The translations under genes were made by a program, and so were the position numbers. Below, piece by piece: positions 23,561-34,475 of a stretch of 64,000 bases of DNA. The stretch comes from Nemertoderma westbladi (Eukaryota > Animalia > Xenacoelomorpha). Positions within the stretch are counted from its first letter, which is position 1. Each line of letters starts with the position of its first letter. The notes below the pieces were generated by a model, which saw only the letters and a program-made list of their open reading frames with translations, was not told the DNA's origin and searched no databases. Where the stretch lies: the NCBI GenBank assembly GCA_032718475.1, contig JAUCBJ010008121.1, positions 1 through 64,000 of the forward strand. Reading direction: 5' to 3'.

Positions 23561-24144
23561 GTGAATGTGTGATTCCACTAGAGCGCCATACAATAAATAA
23601 TACAGTAGCTCCAACAGGATAATAAATCGACTAGTCATATTGGAGGCATCATGTATCATGCTTTATTCGATACGTACAAATTGTCCTAATTGCAAAATTT
23701 GTCCTAATTGCAAAATCAAGCAAAATAACGTTTGTCGTGTTTACTTCTAGGATAAATCATGTTTTGGACATATGTAAAATACTGAGTTATGGGCATTCGA
23801 AAGTTGCATGTATTTGCTTCCGCTGCGGGCCATTTAATATATTTAAACTCTCTGTTTCAAATTTCATGCAATCTCAATAAGATTAGAGAAAAATTAGGAG
23901 GGGGGGGGGAGGTCATGTCATTGAATTACGACACTAACAGGGCTTAGTGTAAGGCGTTAACAATACTTACAATTTTTATTTAATTTTATATTAGTTGTCG
24001 TGGAAATAATTATACCAAATTATTAAATAAAATTTACGGAAAATAATTGAATGTTTCAAGAAGATATTGTCATAACAAATATTAAATATTGAAACATTCT
24101 AATCAGAAATTACGACATTTTATTGAAACACTCTGATCGGCACC

Positions 24145-24777
24145 ATGGCTGACTCGAAGAGTACTTTTGACGACATCAACGAAATAATGAAAGACATAGC
24201 TGAATACAATAATAAGAAATCCAGGTCGACGGTGACAATAAATAAATACAAATCTGTTGAAAATGAGTTGGATAAAAGTTCAAGTGAATTTTCCCCGAAG
24301 CGCCCGATTTATTCACAATCAACCCAACCGCTACGGGAAAGAAACAAGAAGTTCATAGATAGTTGGAGAGATAGCCAAGCCACTGGTAGTGTACATTCAG
24401 ATATCATGCCGGATGACATTGGAAGCGAAAAGTCAACGGTGTCCTCTAGAAACTCTGGGACCATGTCAGCAGAAGATGTGAATGTTAAACTTTTGCAAAG
24501 TGCACTTTCTAGAAATGGAAATAACACAGAAAGCTCAATCGATGCTGAGTGGCGTATATTAGAAGAGTCAAGCAAAGGCAAGGGTTGCATTAAAGAGAAG
24601 AGTCCGTCACCAAAAGGTAAGCGAATATCTACGAACTCAAATATATTTGTTGTACCCGAGACAATTGAAGATGCCCCTGCAAACAATGCAATAAAGAAAA
24701 GTGATCAAGTTCGTAAAACCAAACAAACGCGAACTCCAAAACCAAAGAAGAAAACTACTGAAAAGCCATCTCGTTAA
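24145..24777 (+). CDS. Orphan Ser/Lys-rich ORF, possibly continuing in the +1 frame to 25060
   Basis: Good start context caccATGG, 210 codons open in AT-rich DNA; overlapping ORF 24701-25060 has the hydrophobic segment VIQVALYVPLYIIAMFL. Confidence 0.45.
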   Translation: MADSKSTFDDINEIMKDIAEYNNKKSRSTVTINKYKSVENELDKSSSEFSPKRPIYSQSTQPLRERNKKFIDSWRDSQATGSVHSDIMPDDIGSEKSTVSSRNSGTMSAEDVNVKLLQSALSRNGNNTESSIDAEWRILEESSKGKGCIKEKSPSPKGKRISTNSNIFVVPETIEDAPANNAIKKSDQVRKTKQTRTPKPKKKTTEKPSR

Positions 24778-25516
24778 ATGTAATATAAAACAAATCCAAG
24801 ATAATGTGATGCTAAAATTTTATAAGAGAAATATTGGTAAGGTGTTACGGACTGTCATTCAAGTCGCACTATATGTTCCTTTATACATCATAGCGATGTT
24901 CTTAAAGACTTTGGAAGATCCAAGTAAATATTTCTACAACGAAATACTTCGTCGCTTCGGGGTAGCTGCTACTTATACAATTATGGAACCTATGGCATTA
25001 TTCGTTGAAAGAATGAGAAATACAAGACCAAAGTATTCGAGTCGAACTGTAGATATTTAATATATTATAGGAAATATTTAGTTATTATTCAAGTAGGCCT
25101 ATTATATTATTCACCCTTTAATTTGCTATTGAAAATCACCACAATGGTAATCAGGAGGCATTATCGACGCGAATCACAACTACTGTAGGCCAATTAAAAT
25201 GTTAATTATCGATTAAGGGAAAGGAGCAGGTTACAGTGGCATTATATTTAAACCCAAACAATAACCGATAAATCAATATCACAGGCTACTGTTACATTTT
25301 TCCTCGTAATCAACTGCATTTTTCCCGAAGGATGTCGGTTTAATTTTGATTTGTTCAAGAGTAACCTCCCCCCCCTCCCCCCCCCCCCCCCCCCCCCCAT
25401 GTTTGATATTCGAAATATACTGTTTAACCATCATTATATTAATCATATGCTCATATTAGTTTAGAAAAGCTACAGTAGGTAGTTAAATAGGAATGCGCAT
25501 TAATTATGGCGGAACT

Positions 25517-26566
25517 TTACGGAATAAGAAACCCGGAACCCAGTGGGTCCTCTGGTTCCACAATGTATTCGGCTGATCCCGTATAGAACGCTCTACCCGT
25601 GACCTCCACCCTAACCACCGGGTACTCCGTAGGGAATGAGCCCGATCCTGATTGGACGAGCTGTTTAACACAACCCGTGAACTCAGATTCAGTTTTAGCG
25701 TTTCGTAAGACCAGCGTTTGGTCGCGTTCAACTAGACCCTTAGCGTAGAACACTGCGAGCTGAGCGGTTACCCCCGAGCCGCAGGGGCTTCTGTCAACCT
25801 CGCCTTCCGCAAACACAGTCACGTTGCGGAGCGGCCCGGTTGAACTTTCCAACTGCGATTCAGCGCCGTCGGTAAAAATAACGCCGTAAAGAAACGCCAA
25901 ATCCGACTCCGGGTGGAGAAGTTTCACGGACTCGGAAACGGCCGACTTTACCGCCATCCCGGCGTGGACAATATCTACAGAATTATCCCCTCGCAAATTT
26001 AATCCCATTTCCTTGCAATTAACAATCGCGTAAAACGTTCCACCGAAACCGATATCGTATCGAACATTTCCATATTTGGGCACATTAATCGATTGTTCTA
26101 GAACGTAGGCGTAAGATGGAACACTAAGGAAGGTAGATTGGTTGAAGGGGTCAATTCGCACTGGGACGACTCCGCATGGGCAATCTATCGTTACCATGGT
26201 TACTCCGTCTGCGTCTATCGTACCCAGTCCGATATCGCGTGCGTAGCGCGCCAGCGCGATCACCCCGTGGCCGCACATCGTGCTGTAACCATGGTTGTGG
26301 GTAAATAGGACTCCCAGATTCGCGCGTTGTGTCGGTACTAGAATCGCTCCGTACATGTCGCGATGGCCCCGTGGTTCCCGCATTAACGCAACTCGAATGT
26401 GATCGTGGTTCTTAGCAGCGTCGACTCTGAGTTCTAGTATTGTGGCGCCCTCTAGTGTCGGGTAACCGTCAGTCACTATGCGAAGCGGTTCTCCACCTGT
26501 GTGCATTTCTACAGTGCGGATAATCCTATCGGATTGTTGCCATGGTTTCAATGATAAATGCGTCAT
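25517..26566 (-). CDS. L3HYPDH: Proline racemase family protein (L3HYPDH-like, Cys/Cys active site), single ORF
   Basis: MHTGGEPLRI, LMREPRGH.DMYGA, STMCGH, GGTFYA, DRSPCGSG. Confidence 0.9.
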   Translation of the reverse strand: MTHLSLKPWQQSDRIIRTVEMHTGGEPLRIVTDGYPTLEGATILELRVDAAKNHDHIRVALMREPRGHRDMYGAILVPTQRANLGVLFTHNHGYSTMCGHGVIALARYARDIGLGTIDADGVTMVTIDCPCGVVPVRIDPFNQSTFLSVPSYAYVLEQSINVPKYGNVRYDIGFGGTFYAIVNCKEMGLNLRGDNSVDIVHAGMAVKSAVSESVKLLHPESDLAFLYGVIFTDGAESQLESSTGPLRNVTVFAEGEVDRSPCGSGVTAQLAVFYAKGLVERDQTLVLRNAKTESEFTGCVKQLVQSGSGSFPTEYPVVRVEVTGRAFYTGSAEYIVEPEDPLGSGFLIP

Positions 26567-27849
26567 GTTAAATTTCTAAAGACCTGTTCAGCTCATCAGC
26601 TGTTAGCCAAAAAGACAGATACCACAGTAAACACTTCTACTCCCTTAATAATTCCTGATATGTAATCACTTTTTTACTCTACTTTTGTTTTTTTTTGTTT
26701 GTTTTCATTTCACAAAATATAATTTAGCGAAAGACCTATATCGATTTCATTGTGGAGGAATTTTCCGAACTGTACCCAGTCTGCTAGTCCTCAAACCTAT
26801 TGCATATTGTATGGGCATACATTACGCTACACATCTTTTTTAAACGAAATACTGTTGTAATCAAAATCTGAAAATATAATACTTAAAATTTTTCAGAAAG
26901 CAGCTAGGAATAGACAATAGACCTCTACCCTTGACTATCATTAACAGCCATAGCCAAGCCAACAAGGAACCAGGTGTAGTAGGCCTACCTACCGTTTAGA
27001 GTGACATTTGAATTTAAATTTACCTCCTTTAGTAGCCTTTATCAGATAATGAACCAATGAGACTCGAGTGGATCCTGAGAACAATAAGCTACAATATAAA
27101 CGATTCGTTAAAAAGAGGTTTGATTTTTGTAATTGTAAAATTTATATTTCCCGCTTTAATGTGTGAATAGCATCGTTGAAGCTTGAAGATCAAACCTGTT
27201 TGTAACGATTCCCGGACCAGTATATCTACTGTAGATCGTTATCGTTAAAAACAGGTCTGCTCTTGGACTTACATTAACACGTCTACAGTATAGGCAGGTA
27301 ACTGCCTAAGTAGTAGAATCTGCACTGCATTCATTATATTCAATCTGCATATGATAGAACTTTAGAAAAGCTTACTGTCGCAGTTTCAAATAGTCTGATT
27401 ATACTGCACCCAGTTTGAGTTGGTTCCGGTATTCCTCTATTTGAGTTTATTATGTCTCTTGATATCTCTTAAAGTTGCAAAATTATGATCAAGCGGACCT
27501 CGTCCGTTAAACTTAAATACTGCAGCTAAAAAACACGGCAATTAATGCTCTCTGAACACTGAACATACTGGGTTTCAGTCTGCCATGACGTCAGGCAGTC
27601 AGTGAAAAAAAGTAACTTTGTTGAGGGATGTATTATTGTTCGATTATCTGTATCTATATTACTTCACATACATCTAAAACCCCAAAAGTTATACTCGCTC
27701 TAAAGAACAGATAAATAAATTTGTCAATGCCGTTTTAACTTTTTCACATTACATTTATGATTGCTATCATGATGTCAGAGTTTGAGAACTCCAAGGAAGC
27801 AGAAGTAGTAGATATCCGGCAACTACAGTCACAGACACCGAATTCACGG

Positions 27850-28607
27850 ATGAAAATCGCCCCTCTCTCTAATACGCTAGCAGATGCACAGCTTCTACTA
27901 AATGAAGTGGAGAGGGCTGCTAAGGAGGTTGGATTGCATACAAATGCTACAAAGACCGAATTCATGACATTTAATGTTGATGGAAACTTGACAACCATTG
28001 ATAATAATCAACTAAGGAAGGTTGGCGACTTCCAGTACCTAGGATCATGGATAGAGAGTAGCAAAAAGGACATAGAAGTTAGGAAAGCAAAGGCTTAGGC
28101 ATAGGCAGCTCTATCAAAAATGGATACCATCTGGAAATCAGATCTCCCCAGGCACCTGAAGACTAAGTTCTTTCGAGCAACAGTGGAAAATGTATTTTTA
28201 TACGGGGGTGAGACCTGGACACTGACTAAATCACTTGAACAACGAATTGATGGTTGCTACACAAGACTACTAAGGGCAGCCCTAAACATCAGCTGGAGAC
28301 AACATATGACAAACGCCGAGCTTTATGGTACAATACCACCTGTATCAACCACCCTCCGTGAACGCAGATTAAGATTCAGTGGGCACTGCTGGCGAAGTAA
28401 AGACCAAGTCATACCAGATCTACTTTTCTGGCAACCAACTCATGGAAAGCGTAGTCGTGGACGACCTGCAATAACATATATAGATCTACTTTAAAGGGAT
28501 ACTGAACTTGGGAGAAACGAAATTGCGACAACTATGGAGAATCGGGAAGACTGGAAGGATCTCATTTCCACTGTCCGAGATCGCTCGACTTAGTAATAGT
28601 AGTAGGT
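27850..28607 (+). pseudogene. 5'-truncated RTE LINE 3' end with in-frame stop and (AGT)n-like tail
   Basis: GLHTNATKTE, FQYLGSWI, FFRATVENVFLYGGETWTLT, RRLRFSGHCWR, RSRGRPAITY; tail tagtaatagtagtagg. Confidence 0.88.
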
Positions 28608-30466
28608 ATTGTACCGTAGTTCTTTCAATCTTTAGAGAACCAAATAATCAACTAGAATTCAATAAAGTTAATTTGTTCTTAAGTCACTTTTTTTTGTCGT
28701 AGTCGTTAACAAGTTTGACAAAAAATAACACTTTGTTGTTAACATAAAAAGTTATGTTGAATTAAATTTAAAAGTAATTTCCATGACATTGATTTTTTAT
28801 ACTAGCTAGTCTTTTCTACTTTTTTATAAATGTTATGAACACGTGTTAGCTATCAATTTTTATAAATAATTTTGTTCTAGAACACTTTTTATGTATATGA
28901 GTTATTATTACCAAAATGAACCCCAACACAAAATCTATAATAAGTGAAGCGAGATAAAGGAATCATGATTGTGGTGATTTATATTGAGTCAATGCGATAA
29001 TGAAGATGGTCTGGAGGCGCTACCACCCAGTGGAAAAGTGATGGTTTTGTGAAGAACATTATATTTACATTATATAGAATTTAAAAGTAATGGATATATT
29101 TGTAGATTGGAGGGCGGCGGGGAGGGGGGGGGGGGGGGGGGTGGTGTTGGCTGGAGAACCACGTTGATTGACAATGATTATTCAATAATTATACGAGAGA
29201 TACTGAAGGCCTACTTGTTTTTTGTTTATTTCTTTTTCCATATATTTAATTTTATACTGTATGTCTACCGGCACCTCTTACTGTTTATCACAGTGTATGA
29301 AACCAAACAAAACATTGTTGTATAAGTAGAATATATAATATATACAGAGTACTGAAGTAGTTAGCTATGTAGAGCTCTAGGTCAGTAAATATTTTTTTAT
29401 AAGCTTTTGAGAAGGACTCTACTGTCAGAATGTCAAATAAAGGTAAAAAGTAACATTTTTTGTCATGCTTTCTTATTTGTCTCCCTACGCTCGCCAAAAA
29501 ATTTCGCCCGACAAAAAGTCTACTTTCTTTGCCACCACTTAAATTGTTATTTTTTTCACATATTATCAATTAATGGGAAGGACATTACGTTTCTGATGTG
29601 AAATAGTAAGCTGAGTTTAATGTACACTCTAAAGTACTTAGCAGCGCGTATATACTGTGGGTCGAAGTCAAAGTGAGCCCTTTTGCTTAATTAGAGGACC
29701 GTCTATCGTCGCCGTCACCTTTGAAATCTTTCAACGCAAATAAGTCGGTTAAGCTTTGATGATTACCCAACCCAGCAGAGTTAGAATTAATTACCTAACC
29801 CAGCGAAAGCTTTAAGACCCGGGACTCTTTAAGCTCAAATATGAAGCGCAGAATGCAGAGTCGCATCTCTAGAACCCCTAGATATTGCTGTCAAAATGAA
29901 AGATTTATATATTTTCACAGATATGTTATTAATGCAATTGAACTTAAACACTAAACTTCAAACTAAACTATAAAACTAAGCTAGATAAACAAAAAAATGA
30001 AATATAAAAAATAATTACAAGTAAACCATCCGTTCAGATTCTTCCGATTCTTCCGATTCGTTCAGATTCTTTATAAACTTTTGACTGACTACATACGTAC
30101 CAAGTTTCGTTTAATTTCATCAAGTAATAACCGAGTTATTAGCGATCAAAAATTTACGACGACGATGACAGACGACAACGACAGACAACTCGCCAATGGC
30201 ACCCATATGCTAAGGCTTCGCTCATTTCGTGGCTCGCCCCACATAACAACTACGTTGGTCGATAATGTTACAATTTCTCCTAGCACTACAGTAGTATATA
30301 GTAATCAGAATGAATTATTTCACGAACAAATAAATTGCGTGAGAGAAAATAAAGCCACAGACACTTTGCAACAAGTGTATACTGTACTGTTGGTACATTT
30401 TAGCACTGGGAAATGACTCCATAGGAAACTTTTCATTTTTAAAAAAAATAATATTTTTGGACCTCA

Positions 30467-30695
30467 AGCAAGCAAACAGTCGGCCGAAGCCGGAGGCGAC
30501 CCGAAGGCTCCTCTTTCGATAGCTGCTACCCGAGGGTAGGGGTGGGCGCTACTCCTATCCCAAGATTTGCTCCCAGTTATTTAACTGGTACTCATTTTAT
30601 CGACCCCAGTGGATGAAAGGCTGAGTGGACCCTGGCGGGGCTGAACCTACAACCAATAGATTGCAGGCCCGGCGGTCAACCAACTGAGCTACCAA
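30467..30695 (-). mobile_element. Full-length tRNA-derived SINE with Nin-like core and 10-bp TSD
   Basis: Minus strand: GGTAGCTCAGTTGG A-box, GGTTCAGCCC degenerate B-box, actcagcctttcatcc..ggggtcgataaaatgagtaccag core, (TTGC)n tail; TTGGACCTCA at 30457-66 and 30696-705. Confidence 0.85.
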
Positions 30696-30834
30696 TTGGA
30701 CCTCATGAGTATGCAAAAGGTCAAAAAATATATATTATCGGTAAAACTACTACGTTGGTATTGCAACCATCTGTATACTGGTAAGCTCTCAAGTAATTAT
30801 CCAGTAATCGAAGCCATTTGTATACCGCACCTAC

Positions 30835-31700
30835 AAAGATGATATAGATAAAAATGCAGCCACATTAATATTCAATAAATTATTAATTTAATGAAAGGTG
30901 CAGCCATTTTACTTCTTTTACACTGCATTGTAGAGGCCAAATGATTTATTTAAGATTGCAGCAATTAGTATGTTAAATTGTATAGAATTGCCTAGGAATT
31001 TGCAGCCAAAAGACAACTTCATCAGAAACGCTAGGTTCAGGAAATATACCTTAGATATTGTCCCGTAGTTCTTTGAAACAGTGAAATCTATAAAGTTTTT
31101 TTTACATGTTGTAAATTAATAGGAGGGAAATTGTTTCTGAAGTGAAATACAGTAGTAAGCTGAGGTCAAATATGTCTTCACAATTTTTCTGAAGTTTCCC
31201 CGCACTCAAGAATCAGTACATTAATGACAAAATCACCATGAACATTGGCTAATCAATCACTGATGCTCCTTATACACTAACACCACAGTATGTTGGGAGC
31301 TACAGTTACTATGAACAATGAAGATATTGAAAATGTGCAGCCAATTTACTTTTCACTAAATTATAAATTTAATGAACGTTGCAGCCATTTTACTTCTTAT
31401 ACATGGCATTGTATGGTCAGTAATAGGCCAACTCGAATATTCAAAATTGCAGCTATTTGTATGTTAATAGTATAAAGCATGGCTCATAAATTTGCAGCAA
31501 AATGACACTTCGTTAAAAATCTAGGTACAGCAAGATACAGTAGTATTGTAGATACATACTATTCATAGGCTTACAATAAAGTTAAAGTTTATCTTTAATA
31601 TTGTCAAATATAGGAGGTAATAGAAGTATGGATATTATGATGTGAAATACTAAGCTGAGTCTAAATATGTTGTCAGCATTCTTATAAGGTTCCCGTACTA
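30835..31700. repeat. Diverged ~480-bp direct duplication within a GCAGCCA-motif-rich region that extends to ~32460
   Basis: 30850-31200 aligns with 31330-31695; gcagcca recurs more than ten times. Confidence 0.7.
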
Positions 31701-32820
31701 ACACTGATTAAAAATAAAAATCGAAATTAAATCACCATTACAAGAAAAACCCCATAATAAAATCTTACATTGGGCGAAGGTGTGCCTCTATATAGATTAT
31801 TGATTGTTAGGCAGAGCGATCAACATTGGCAAACAATCAATATTCTTTAAAACGTTAAAACGGACATCGGAAAATAGATGAGGAAATTCCCAAGAAGCAA
31901 AAATTTCAGGTCGCTGGTGTACTGTACTATGTTATTATTATCGTTTTTGACTTTATCGTTTATCGTTTGAAATAATGACAGTCCCTCAATCATTATTATA
32001 ATTAACATCGGAAATGATAACCCGACCAGGAAAATCCAGATATAAATAATCTTAGTTAGGACTTACAATAAGGATACACAACACATCTACTGTAGGCCCC
32101 TCCTCCAGTATTCATATCTTAGTTCTCTCACAACAGTAATACCTAATGCAGCATATACATTAGTTCAAGATTTTATGCAGCCATTGTTGTGAAAATAAGC
32201 GGCAGCCAATAAGCCATTATTTATACAAGAATATCTATATAATTCAGCAAAATATCTATATAATTCACCAAAATGTATATATCGAGATAATAATTGACCC
32301 AAAAATTTAAATTGCAGCCACTGTAGTAACCAGGCTTTTTGCAGCCAAAAGAATGCGGATGTTTTAGAAAGACCATATGGCTACATTGCAGCCAAAATAC
32401 AACCTGCCGCAGCCACGGTGTCACTCTGTATATATCATGATGCAACCAATAAGCCATTATTCATATAATCCATTGACACCACATGCTGCATTGTACATCT
32501 ATATATATATAGTAAATATAGTATTAATAAATATATATAATATAGTATTATATATAAATATTAATAAAATATAATAGATATTTTACGTAATAGATAGTAT
32601 AACTGTTATGTACATGTACGGTGTGGCGGATTCTAAAGTAACTATTGCCAAAAATACAGTATTGGATTTGTATAGAACCAGGGAACTTTGTAATAAAATA
32701 TCAACGCTATAGTGTACTGTAGTGTCACCAAATAACCCCAATAACAGATCTGCTTTGAACGATTTAGGTATAGCTCTACAAGAGTCATTAAAAACAGGGG
32801 GTTGCTCTTCGTCGTTGATA

Positions 32821-33240
32821 CCCCCCACATTATAGAGGGAAATATAAATTACCCTAAGAGTAAACCTGTTTTGAACGATATACAGTAGTGACACAGGAAA
32901 CGTTATACACAGGTTTGCTATCCAACACCCCCCACATTATAGAGGGAAATATAAATTACCCTAAGAGTAAACCTGTTTTGAACGATATACAGTAGTGACA
33001 CAGGAAACGTTATACACAGGTTTGCTATCCAACACCCCCCACATTATAGAGGGAAATATAAATTACCCTAAGAGTAAACCTGTTTTGAACGATATACAGT
33101 AGTGACACAGGAAACGTTATACACAGGTTTGCTATCCAACATCCCCCACATTATAGAGGGAAATATAAATTACCCTAAGAGTAAACCTGTTTTGAACGAT
33201 ATACAGTAGTGACACAGGAAACGTTATACACAGGTTTGCT
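32821..33240. repeat. 107-bp tandem repeat, ~3.9 near-identical copies
   Basis: Units start at 32821, 32928, 33035 and 33142. Confidence 0.95.
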
Positions 33241-34475
33241 CTTCAACGATGCCGTTGTCTCATTAAAGCGGGAAATTTAAATCCACCAAAGATGAAAGAG
33301 CAAACCTGCTTTTATATTACTGTATCAGTGTATTACAGTATTACTGCTACACAGCTGTACGTGTACATACACACGCACCCCGACTGTCATACCACTGCTA
33401 AACTGCTGTACTGGCATACCTTCACCGTTTACATCAGCATCCCTACCTGCCTAGGCCCTATACTGCTATACTACAGGCCTACAGTTCACAGTTCATTTTG
33501 TTTGCGGCAAGGTCTACATACTATTCAAAGAAAAGATTGTAGAAATCTCGCACTGTATCCCTAGGCAAAATACTATATACATACATACCCATCGGTTATT
33601 CCGCGAAATATTTCGTCACCTTCCGCTTGCGCTGACACTGCAGCACTGGCGTGACAGGCAGCCTGCCACTTTGGCAGGGTTGTGTAATCATAATGCGTAA
33701 TGCAGTAATGTTTGTATAGTAACACCAACCTTCTCCGTTGCACGTTGCAGTATGCAGTAAGCTACTCTACGCACGGATATGATATGGTATCCCTACCGTA
33801 TGACTTCCATTTTGTATTCCCCCCACCAACTTGGTACCTGCCAACCTCCGTTACTGAAAAACGACTAACCCTCGATTCGGCCACTCATAGTCGTAGTTCA
33901 TTGCACAATGTTATCCCTTACAGCCTTACTGACAGACTGAAGTTGTTTCTATCTAAATATATTTTTTTTAATACACTAATATTAATTAACACTAATATTA
34001 CTGTAGGCCTACAGTAGTAATATTATCTTATTAAAATTTATATTTTGAGTAGCTTAACAGTTGCCTAGAATGTTTTAAGACCGGTAGGCTTTTAGTTAGG
34101 CCTATAGTCTAGAGACTGACAGCCTACCGGTAGCCTATACTTTATTAAGGTTTTGATTGATGAAAGGATATTATATCGTATTATTAAAGTATTATGCAGC
34201 CCTAAGCTCTTGTTACAAATTACGGACTGATGCTTCTGCACTGCGCCTACTGGTGAATCTCTGGGTCGCATTTAATTAGTTTTCACAATCAATCGGGACT
34301 TTTTGTATATTTCTAAGACTACTAGCGAGTAGCGACACCGTTAAATAGTAAAATAAAGAGTGTAATAAAGACACCAAACTACTTTTCAATTGCAGAATTT
34401 AGGTCAACACTTCAAGAAAGAGTTAGCTGGTATGGAAAATGTCGTCCACATACACTAGCTGCTAGTTTCTCCAGA

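Noticed and set aside
25517-26566. Bacterial contamination or recent HGT explaining the intronless racemase
   Set aside because: Embedded among metazoan TEs and equally intronless eukaryote-specific genes such as CDK8; no operon context
30630-30695. tRNA-Cys gene
   Set aside because: Degenerate T arm and acceptor stem; continues into a SINE body flanked by TSDs
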